Assembly (NCBI GenBank): GCA_043798985.1
Contig: JAZDOE010000008.1
Coordinates: forward strand, 2,332-66,331
Length of the DNA: 64,000 nt
Origin: Candidatus Falkowbacteria bacterium
GTDB taxonomy: Bacteria; Patescibacteriota; Patescibacteriia; UBA11705; JACRDX01
Reading direction: 5' to 3'
The stretch's first letter is position 1; every line of letters starts with the position of its first letter. The position numbers and the translations under genes are program-made. Below, one piece after another: positions 49,451 to 57,512 of this stretch. The notes beneath the pieces were generated by a model, which was given only the letters and a program-made list of their open reading frames with translations, was not told where the DNA came from and did no database searches.

Positions 49451-50830
49451 TTACAACTGCAAAATTGACCATGAAAACGACGCATAAACACGCGCCACGC
49501 GAATTACATAATCAAGCAAAATAAAAGTTCCAACACCAACAATCTTCGCGGCTGGCAACCAAATGAACGCGAGAATCAGTTGAATAAAACCAACCAACAT
49601 GATCAGCGGAATCGTTGGCAAAACCAAAAAATTTACTGCCAAAGCCACAACTGAAAATCTGTGAAAATAATAAATCGTCACTGGCAATGTCATTACAATC
49701 GCTGAAAAACTGCTGCAAACATTCTCGCGCGTGCCCGCAAATTCAGGCACCAATGAAAAATATTTCTGAATTTTTGGAGACAAATAAATCAGTCCGATTG
49801 TTGATAAAAACGAAAGCTGAAATCCAACGTCACGCCAAACATTTGGTTCAATCAGCAACATTATAACAAGCGCGATTGTCAAAATGTTTTTAATTTTCGC
49901 AATTTGACCAAGCTGTTTTGCCAATAAAACAATGACTCCCATTATTCCGGCGCGCACCACTGACGCGGGCGCGCCGGCCAATATTACAAAGCAACAAATT
50001 CCCGCGACCGCGAACCAAAACGCTTGCTGTCTCCGCATTAGACAAAAAATCAGCAAGTTCATTGTCATGGCGCTAACAATTGTAATATTGTATCCGGACA
50101 TTGCGATTATATGCGAAATTCCGGCGCGCCGGAAATCTTCTGCCAAATTCCGCGGAATTCCGTCAGCCGCACCAACTAAAATTCCGGCAAGCAATGATGC
50201 GTGCGGTTCCCGCAACGTTAAATTAAGTTTATTGATAAACACTTTTTTCGCTTTGAACAATCCACTTTTAATAACATTGCCTTGCCCGCGAGCAATCAAT
50301 CGTATTGTTGGAAAATTACAACTCACAACAACATTGTCATTCAGATATTGATCGGACATTAATAATTCTACTTGTCTACAATCAACAAATAGTTGATCGC
50401 CGTATTCAAAATTTGGCTGCGCTTTTAATGTCAGCAAAATTTTGCCGCTTGCCACTTCCGTCATTGCGACACCGCCAGCGGCGGGGGAAGCAATCTCGCT
50501 GACATTAACAACCAGCTTCTGCGAACCATTGGAAACAATCGGCTCATCCAAAACTACGCCAACAAAAGAAACTGGTTGGTCAACGTAAAATGAAATATCA
50601 GCCAACGATACAGACGGCGAACGAATCAAAACATAAAAAATGCCGAGAGAGAATATTAAAATAATAATTGCCAAATCAGCGCGATGTCGCGACATGACAA
50701 TAATCAACGCGACAATCAACCAACAAACAACAGCCAAGAAAAAATTTATTGACGCCAAGATAATTCCAATCGCAAACCCCGCGCTTGCCAAAAATATTTT
50801 GTCAGATTTTTTCATTTTTTGAACGTTCAT
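49451..50830 (-). CDS. comEC: ComEC/Rec2 competence channel domain protein
   Basis: GISHIIAMSGYNI, SVVRAGIM, DVGFQLSF. Confidence 0.94.
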   Translation of the reverse strand: MNVQKMKKSDKIFLASAGFAIGIILASINFFLAVVCWLIVALIIVMSRHRADLAIIILIFSLGIFYVLIRSPSVSLADISFYVDQPVSFVGVVLDEPIVSNGSQKLVVNVSEIASPAAGGVAMTEVASGKILLTLKAQPNFEYGDQLFVDCRQVELLMSDQYLNDNVVVSCNFPTIRLIARGQGNVIKSGLFKAKKVFINKLNLTLREPHASLLAGILVGAADGIPRNLAEDFRRAGISHIIAMSGYNITIVSAMTMNLLIFCLMRRQQAFWFAVAGICCFVILAGAPASVVRAGIMGVIVLLAKQLGQIAKIKNILTIALVIMLLIEPNVWRDVGFQLSFLSTIGLIYLSPKIQKYFSLVPEFAGTRENVCSSFSAIVMTLPVTIYYFHRFSVVALAVNFLVLPTIPLIMLVGFIQLILAFIWLPAAKIVGVGTFILLDYVIRVARVYASFSWSILQL

Positions 50831-50897
50831 AACGATTTAATAAATTGGGCGGACTCGACGTTGTCGAGTCCGCCTTGCAACATCGTTGCGCGCAACA

Positions 50898-51140
50898 TTA
50901 CCACTGCCTGCAATTCCTTGCCTTTGCAAAACCAGCAAGCTGGGCTTCGTCTTCTGTCATGAAGTATTGCTCACCGCTGTCAGAATCAACCGCGGTCAAT
51001 TTGTACGACGAGCATGTTGGCAAATGGTAAATCTTTTTTCCATCGCGTGAAACATTGCCCTTGATTGGCAAATACTGCCCTGTTGACACGCATCCAACGA
51101 CAACACACAAAACCATCAGCGCCAGCCACACCCTCTTCAT
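50898..51140 (-). CDS. Small lipoprotein with Ada-like metal-binding domain
   Basis: Lipobox-like VVGC; IKGN...IYHLP.C..Y...F.TE.EA..AGF; downstream hairpin at 50848-50873. Confidence 0.75.
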   Translation of the reverse strand: MKRVWLALMVLCVVVGCVSTGQYLPIKGNVSRDGKKIYHLPTCSSYKLTAVDSDSGEQYFMTEDEAQLAGFAKARNCRQW

Positions 51141-51280
51141 GACAAAACCCCCATTGGGAAAGGTCAAAATCCAAAGCTCAAAATCCAGAAGACGTTGAGC
51201 AAGGATTCATATTGCCATCATAAAAAATCCTGCGCGAAAACAAAAAAAGAGGGCTGTTGATAATCAATACCCTCAATAAA

Positions 51281-51401
51281 AAATTCGAAGCACGAAACAC
51301 GAAACCCTAAACAAGCACGAAGCACGAAATTCCAATGTTTCAATATTGGAACATTCTAATTTCTAATTTGTTTCGTATTTCGATATTCGGATTTCGAATT
51401 T
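51281..51401. repeat. Inverted heptamer array forming a long imperfect hairpin
   Basis: AAGCACG/AAACACG units mirrored by TATTTCG/GATTTCG units; same family as 48282-48389. Confidence 0.8.
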
Positions 51402-52465
51402 TAAAATATTTTCTGTAAGAACCTATATATTCCCAATTGAACCGGTTGGTAAATTTTTTCATAAGTCCCGACATATTCAACAATTTCCGCAGTCGGCGAA
51501 AATCCCATTTTGAACTTCGTGAATCCCGCCCAGTTTTCCAGTCTTCCGGTTGCATCTTGCGGCGCGACACCCCAAAAATCATAAAACCAAAATCCGTCAC
51601 GTTTCGCGTCTTTTATTGCCTGCCATTGCAACAAATATGGAGCCATGGCATTGCGAAAATCATGGTCAGACGCGCCAAATAAATATGTTGCCGTGTTATC
51701 CCAAAAAATCACAATATTTGCCGCGATAATTTTTCCTTCCAACTTTGCAACATACAATTTGACAAATGGAACTTTCAGAAGTTCCTTAAAATAATCTTGT
51801 CCGTAAAATTTTATTTTCTGTCGCGCTTCTGTTTTTTTCTCAAGTTCGTAAAATTCTTTAAACATTAAATTGTCCACCACAATTTCAACCCCGCGTTTTT
51901 TTGCCACGCCAATGTTGTATCTGGTTTTTTCGTGCATTTGTTTTAACAAATTTTCTTCGTCCCCGCGCAAATCCAACATTAACGTATGTCTCGGTAAAAT
52001 ATCTTTTTCGCATTTTACAAACCCCATTTCATCAAAAATCCCACACCAACTCTTATCTTCTGAAAACGGGTCAATCTGAAACGCCATCGCCCCTTCCTGC
52101 TTCGCAATCTTATCTATTTCCTGCATGATCATTTTTGTGATTTCGGATTTAGAATTTGTTTCGGATTTCGGATTTCGAATTTCGGACTTTATAACTGGAC
52201 CTCGTGGAGAGTAAAGAATGCTTCGTCCCAATTTCGCTTTTGATTCAAACAAAAACACGACAGCGCACCATTCTTTATCACTTTGAGCGCTGTCGCCCTG
52301 AGCTTGTCGAGGGGTCACCTCAACAATCAATCTCCAAATTTTTTCATTTTGCGTATTCAAAAAATCACCCCATTCCCATGATTGAGTAAATCCGCCGGTA
52401 TCATTTTCTTTCACAAAATCATTCCAGCGCTCTTTATCCTCAATTGTTGCGTAGCTAATCGTCAT
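51401..52465 (-). CDS. FemABX-family lipid II peptidyltransferase
   Basis: QSWEWG, YSPRGP, KTRYNI..AKKRGV, YLFGAS, YDFWG, FKMGF. Confidence 0.93.
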   Translation of the reverse strand: MTISYATIEDKERWNDFVKENDTGGFTQSWEWGDFLNTQNEKIWRLIVEVTPRQAQGDSAQSDKEWCAVVFLFESKAKLGRSILYSPRGPVIKSEIRNPKSETNSKSEITKMIMQEIDKIAKQEGAMAFQIDPFSEDKSWCGIFDEMGFVKCEKDILPRHTLMLDLRGDEENLLKQMHEKTRYNIGVAKKRGVEIVVDNLMFKEFYELEKKTEARQKIKFYGQDYFKELLKVPFVKLYVAKLEGKIIAANIVIFWDNTATYLFGASDHDFRNAMAPYLLQWQAIKDAKRDGFWFYDFWGVAPQDATGRLENWAGFTKFKMGFSPTAEIVEYVGTYEKIYQPVQLGIYRFLQKIF

Positions 52466-52522
52466 ATACAAAAATAATACACCGCAACCAATATTTTTTC
52501 AATCTTTTTCAAAAATTAAAAT

Positions 52523-52547
52523 AGGGGCAACTGTTTCAGTTGCCCCT
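52523..52547 (-). terminator. Terminator-like hairpin downstream of paralog 1
   Basis: 11-bp stem AGGGGCAACTG/CAGTTGCCCCT followed by a T-rich tract on the minus strand. Confidence 0.7.
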
Positions 52548-52588
52548 GACCAAGAGACCTAGAATCCGAGAGCCCTAGTGTCTAGACA

Positions 52589-53653
52589 CTACTTGCCCGC
52601 CTCTACCGAGGCGGGCGAGAGCGCGACCAACCCACCCGCGAAACTGCCACGAGCACCATCAAGACTCTGACTGCCATAGAAGTAAGCGTCATCACCATCG
52701 GCAAAGCAAAAGAGCGACCAGCCGCGCCACGCAAGCGCTGCCATGTCATAGCACGGCGTCTTGTTGTCCCGCAGCAGTTCTGCCGCGTACATACTCATTG
52801 CTGCCAGCGTATCCAATCCGCCTGCAAGCATGAACATTTCCGGCAAGGTTTCCATCTGCTCTCTGTCTGCATTGATGGAATATCCCTGCAGCGCGGTCGG
52901 GAAGTAAATCCCCACCACCGGCTCCTTACTTGCCGCTTCCAACACTCTCTCATGTCTGCTTCCCGCCCAGATTGTCACTTCTCCGGCAAGCTGCCCCGTG
53001 ATATTGTTGTGGAAGGGACGGTTGGGAAACGCCTTCGTGTATGCTCTTGCCACTGTTGGCACAAGCACCTTGTCCAGCTTTGCCCCGTAGTTTGCCGCCG
53101 TCACGCCAAGCCCTGCCGGAATGCAGAACGGGTACCATGCGCCTTTCAGCACATTCTTAACCGTTTCATCTGCTTCAATCTTCTGCACTAAAGCGTTGAT
53201 GCGCAGTGCGAACTCTTCGGCAGACACAAACTCCAACTTCTCGTCGACAAATGCTTCTTTCGCAAGCACCAATCTTTCGGCAAAGGACAACCGCTCTATC
53301 CGCGTCGGATAGTAACCGTAATTCGCGTCGCATACCGAGCTTCTCATTCCGGTCGGTGGGATTCTGCGGCCATTCTTGTCATAGACCAGCGTTGGCGTCG
53401 GCTCTATCACCATCTCGTTTGGCCCCATGAAAATCGCGTGCATTTCACCCGACAGCAAACAATCAACCACCGATTCCCCAAGCTTGTTCTCCAACAGCTC
53501 AAGATGCCCGAGCGTTCTCTGAGGATACTTGGCAGGATCTCCGGACCGCTTCATCTGCGTGAGCGTTGCCAGCACCGCATCTGCGCCACCGTGCAAAGCC
53601 ACGTAATCCACGATATCCGCGACCGTCAACTTCTTCCACCCGTCACAACTCAT
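52589..53653 (-). CDS. Putative DGR target protein, paralog 1 (variable region 52640-52711)
   Basis: GGAGG SD; near-identical to 54516-55466 except a hypervariable C-terminal NNY-codon block followed by a 9-bp hairpin. Confidence 0.75.
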   Translation of the reverse strand: MSCDGWKKLTVADIVDYVALHGGADAVLATLTQMKRSGDPAKYPQRTLGHLELLENKLGESVVDCLLSGEMHAIFMGPNEMVIEPTPTLVYDKNGRRIPPTGMRSSVCDANYGYYPTRIERLSFAERLVLAKEAFVDEKLEFVSAEEFALRINALVQKIEADETVKNVLKGAWYPFCIPAGLGVTAANYGAKLDKVLVPTVARAYTKAFPNRPFHNNITGQLAGEVTIWAGSRHERVLEAASKEPVVGIYFPTALQGYSINADREQMETLPEMFMLAGGLDTLAAMSMYAAELLRDNKTPCYDMAALAWRGWSLFCFADGDDAYFYGSQSLDGARGSFAGGLVALSPASVEAGK

Positions 53654-53822
53654 AGCATCCTCCATTGGGCTCTTTGCCCAGAAAAGAACTTACTCCTCCC
53701 CGGAGCAGGGTTTCGTGTTTCGCCACGTTAACAACGAAGCGAATTATCACGAACAACTTATATTACCATACAAAAAACAAAAAAGCAACTCGCCAAAGTT
53801 GCATCGTAAATTTACAACAAAA

Positions 53823-54401
53823 TCACTCCCTAACAATTCTCAACGCTTGTTTCACCCTTTCACCAATATCCAATGTTGAATCGGTCTTTTTCAAAGCCTC
53901 ACGCGCCTTGTCGCGTGCGTATCCCAGTGCGATCAGCGCCTCAACCGCGTCTATGTCAGAATCCATTTCTTCGCGCGACCGCACCTCGCCAATACCCACG
54001 ATTCCCGCGACTTTGTTTTTCAATTCCAAAATAATCCGCTCCGCTGTTTTCGCGCCGATTCCCGAAACTTTCCGCAAAATTGACGCGTCCTGATTTATAA
54101 TCGCTGATTTTATGTCATTGATTTTTGCCACTGACAAAACGCCCAACGCGGATTTTGGCCCGATTCCTGAAATTGAAATCAGTAATTCAAACAATTTTAA
54201 TTCCTCTGCTGTCGCAAATCCGAAAAGTTGAAGCGCGTCTTCGCGGACATGCTGATGAGCAAAAAGCTCAATGTCATCGTTAATTTCAATTTTCAACAAA
54301 AATTCTTGCGGAACAAAAATTTGATAGCCGATTCCATTGTTTTCCAGCACAACAAAATTCTCTTCCTTAAATTTAATTTTTCCCTTTATATACGCGATCA
54401 T
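53823..54401 (-). CDS. ruvA: Holliday junction branch migration protein RuvA
   Basis: MIAYIKG, GIGY, VRED...LFGF, GIGPKSAL, GIGAKTAERIILELK, ALIALGY. Confidence 0.98.
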   Translation of the reverse strand: MIAYIKGKIKFKEENFVVLENNGIGYQIFVPQEFLLKIEINDDIELFAHQHVREDALQLFGFATAEELKLFELLISISGIGPKSALGVLSVAKINDIKSAIINQDASILRKVSGIGAKTAERIILELKNKVAGIVGIGEVRSREEMDSDIDAVEALIALGYARDKAREALKKTDSTLDIGERVKQALRIVRE

Positions 54402-54456
54402 ACATACAAATAATACATCACAACCAATATTTTTTCAATCTTCTGAAATTAAAATA

Positions 54457-54479
54457 GGGAATGTTGTTTCAACATTCCC
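54457..54479 (-). terminator. Terminator-like hairpin downstream of paralog 2
   Basis: GGGAATGTTG-TTT-CAACATTCCC followed by a T-rich tract on the minus strand. Confidence 0.7.
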
Positions 54480-54488
54480 AAATTCTCC

Positions 54489-54516
54489 GTAGAGCCGAGA
54501 TATATCTCGGCTCTAC
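54489..54516. repeat. 28-bp perfect palindrome of the GTAG REP-like type
   Basis: GTAGAGCCGAGATATATCTCGGCTCTAC; relatives at 15504-15531 and 56058-56083. Confidence 0.85.
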
Positions 54517-55466
54517 TACGCGAGGGCGACCAAACCGCCGGCGATATAGTCATAAGCACCCGCAAGACGCCGACCGTCACGGAAGAAGGCAGAAACATCA
54601 TAAGCATAGCAATCGAGCGACCAGCCGCGCCAAGCGAGCGCTGCCATGTCATAGCACGGCGTCTTGTTGTCGCGCAGCAGTTCTGCCGCGTACATACTCA
54701 TTGCGCACATGGTATCCAACCCACCTGCAAGCATGAACATTTCCGGCAAGGTTGCCATCTGCTCTCTGTCTGCATTGATGGAATATCCCTGCAGCGCGGT
54801 CGGGAAGTAAATCCCCACCACCGGCTCTTTGCTTGCCGCTTCCAGCACCCTCTCATGCCTGCTTCCCTGCCAAATCGTCACTTCTCCGGAAAGCTGACCG
54901 TTGAGATTGTTGTGGAAGGGACGATTGGGAAACGCCTTCGTGTATGCTCTTGCCACTGCCGACAAAAGCACCTTGTCCATCTTATCCCCGTAGTTTGCCG
55001 CCGTCACTCCGAGCCCTCCGGGGATGACGAACGGGTACCATGCGCCTTTCAGCACGTTCTTAATCGTTTCGTCCGCCTCAATCTTCATTACCAGCGCATT
55101 GATGCGCTCAAAAAACTGCTCAACGGACACGAACGTCAGCGACTTGTCATTGAACACCTCCTGCGCCAATTTCAGCTTCGCGCCAAACGGCAACTGCTCA
55201 AGTCGCGTCGGGCAGTAACCATAGTTCGCGTCGCACACCGAACTTTTCATCCCCTGCGGCGGGATTCTGCGCCCGTTCTTGTCATAGACCAGCGTCGGCG
55301 TCGGCTCTATCACCACCTCATGCGTCTTGTCACCCTGAGGCTCTCGAAGGGCGACCACTCTGACCGTCAGCTCGCCGTTCGCAATTTTGCGCGCAATTTC
55401 CGTGCCACCGAGACGATTCAACAATGCTTCGTCCTCATTGCGCATCCAGTCACCATACTTTCCCAT
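54516..55466 (-). CDS. Putative DGR target protein, paralog 2 (variable region 54543-54614)
   Basis: AGGAGG SD; paralog of 52589-53653 with the same variable block. Confidence 0.75.
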   Translation of the reverse strand: MGKYGDWMRNEDEALLNRLGGTEIARKIANGELTVRVVALREPQGDKTHEVVIEPTPTLVYDKNGRRIPPQGMKSSVCDANYGYCPTRLEQLPFGAKLKLAQEVFNDKSLTFVSVEQFFERINALVMKIEADETIKNVLKGAWYPFVIPGGLGVTAANYGDKMDKVLLSAVARAYTKAFPNRPFHNNLNGQLSGEVTIWQGSRHERVLEAASKEPVVGIYFPTALQGYSINADREQMATLPEMFMLAGGLDTMCAMSMYAAELLRDNKTPCYDMAALAWRGWSLDCYAYDVSAFFRDGRRLAGAYDYIAGGLVALA

Positions 55467-55624
55467 GGCATCCTCCTTGCAGGCGGTAAACCCGCAATGC
55501 TTTTGCCCCTGCCCGAGGCTCGGGTTTCTCTTTTGCGCCGATAGACAACCGGTGACCGCAAAAAAGAAATTGACGCTTGTATATTACCAAACGTCAACGA
55601 ATCTGTCAACGGCAAACGCTAATT

Positions 55625-56893
55625 TTACACAATTTTCCTGCGCAACAATGTCATTTCCGGAACATTTTTATTTATTTCCAAATAAATTTCCTGCTTTTGC
55701 CCACCATGTGCTTCTTTTATCCGTTTCATATCTTTATCAAAAATCTTTGTAATTTTTTGTTTAAAAACTTTACCCACTGGTGGTACGAACTCAATCTCAT
55801 CACCCACAAAAATCTGATTATGCACCAAAACTTTAATTATTCGCAGATTAGTAACATTCGAATGATTCGTAGCTTCGTAGCCACCAACAACTTCGCCGCA
55901 AAACTCCCATTCGCACGTTTCATGGCTCGCGTCTGTTTTTTGCCCTTGCCACGCCGAAGCTCCGCGAAGGCGGGCGCATTTTTCCTTTCCAAATAAAAAT
56001 CCTGTTGTAAATCCGCGGTTCTGATATTTTTTTAATTCTTTAATATAATATTTATCCAGAGACGAGACATGCCTCGTCTCTACAAGAGAATCAATTGCCG
56101 CGCGATAAACTTTTGTCACGCCGGCAACATAATAAATACTTTTTGACCGGCCCTCAATTTTAAACGACGAAATGCCGGCTTTTGCCAAATCTCTCAAATA
56201 TTCAACCAAACACAAATCTTTTGAATTCATAATATAACTCCCGCTATCATCCTCTTCAATCAACAACACTCTGTCATGCTGAGGCTCTCGAAGCATCTTA
56301 TAACTCCATCTGCATGGCTGCGTGCAATCACCGAGATTTGCGCTTCGTTTTGTAAAAAACTGCGACAACAAACAACGGCCAGAATATGACATGCACATTG
56401 CGCCATGGACAAAACATTCCAGCTCAACTTTTGGCGCGGCTTTGTGGATTTTTTTAATTTCTTCCAGCGTGGTCTCGCGCGCCAAAATGACGCGCGAGAC
56501 ACCTTGCCGCGCCCAAAATTTCGCAGACTCTGAATTTATACAATTTGCTTGCGTTGAAAGATGGATATTCGCTTTTGGCCAGATCTTTTTTATTAAAACC
56601 AACACACCCGGATCAGAAACAACTAAAGCATCGGGTTTTACTGTCCGCAACCATTTAATATGTTCTGCCAATTTTGCGAAATGTTTTTCACGCGGAAAAA
56701 TGTTCAAAGTTATGTAGACTTTTTTATTGCGCGAGCGCGCGAAGTCAATTCCTTGATGCAATGTTTTTAAATTAAAATCATTCACTCGCGCGCGCAAAGA
56801 AAAATCAGGGATGCCGCAGTAAACCACGTCAGCCCCAAATTCAATCGCGTATTTTAATTTTTTCAAACTCCCTGCTGGTGAAATCAGCTCCAT
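55625..56893 (-). CDS. U32 family peptidase-like protein (TrhP/YegQ-like tRNA hydroxylation)
   Basis: ELISPAG, GAD.VY.G, HLSTQAN, HGAMC.SYSGRCLLS, G.CTQPCRW, KIEGR. Confidence 0.92.
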   Translation of the reverse strand: MELISPAGSLKKLKYAIEFGADVVYCGIPDFSLRARVNDFNLKTLHQGIDFARSRNKKVYITLNIFPREKHFAKLAEHIKWLRTVKPDALVVSDPGVLVLIKKIWPKANIHLSTQANCINSESAKFWARQGVSRVILARETTLEEIKKIHKAAPKVELECFVHGAMCMSYSGRCLLSQFFTKRSANLGDCTQPCRWSYKMLREPQHDRVLLIEEDDSGSYIMNSKDLCLVEYLRDLAKAGISSFKIEGRSKSIYYVAGVTKVYRAAIDSLVETRHVSSLDKYYIKELKKYQNRGFTTGFLFGKEKCARLRGASAWQGQKTDASHETCEWEFCGEVVGGYEATNHSNVTNLRIIKVLVHNQIFVGDEIEFVPPVGKVFKQKITKIFDKDMKRIKEAHGGQKQEIYLEINKNVPEMTLLRRKIV

Positions 56894-56897
56894 ATTT

Positions 56898-57512
56898 TTA
56901 CGCGCTCCACCACGCCGCAATGCCAGCGAAAAATTCCCGTATTTTAAATTTCCACATTCCTGAATAATCGCTCAAATCAGACGCCACGCCAACCGCGTCA
57001 ACGCCCAGTTTATTGCAAACATACAACGCTCGTCCAAGATGCGCGCTTTGTGTCACCAAAATCGCGTCATTGATTTTAAAAACATTTTTCAAACGGTTGC
57101 ACGTGTCAAAAGTTGAAAGTCCAAGCGGATCCAAAATTAAATTATCGCTTTTCAACCCATGCGTGACAGCGAAATTCACCATTGCTTTTATCTCGTCGTG
57201 CGTCAAATCTGCGCTATCTCCGCTCATTAAAATTTTTTTGACCTTGCCTTCTTTATAAAGTTCCATTGCCATTAAAATTCTGTCTCTCAAAAAATCCCCG
57301 GGCCAATCTTTAAACTTTAAGCCGGCGCCGAACACAACTGCCACTTGCTTTTTCGGCGCCGAATCAAGCGTATAAATTTTATCAGCAATCTTGCGGTTTA
57401 TTAAAAAAAGAATTCCTGCAACAATCAACGCCAATAAAAAAATCAAAAAAATAAATCGTTTTGCCCATTTTTTCCACCTTTGCGGCCTGATTGTCTGTAT
57501 TATGGGATCCAC
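56898..57512 (-). CDS. SanA/YdcF/ElyC (DUF218) family protein
   Basis: VVFGAG, LRDR, ILMSGD, VTQ..HL.RALY, RE. Confidence 0.9.
   Translation of the reverse strand: MDPIIQTIRPQRWKKWAKRFIFLIFLLALIVAGILFLINRKIADKIYTLDSAPKKQVAVVFGAGLKFKDWPGDFLRDRILMAMELYKEGKVKKILMSGDSADLTHDEIKAMVNFAVTHGLKSDNLILDPLGLSTFDTCNRLKNVFKINDAILVTQSAHLGRALYVCNKLGVDAVGVASDLSDYSGMWKFKIREFFAGIAAWWSA

Noticed and set aside
53666-55620. DGR template repeat or reverse transcriptase near the paralogs
   Set aside because: No AAY-rich copy of the variable region in the intergenic gaps and no YxDD reverse transcriptase ORF in the track.
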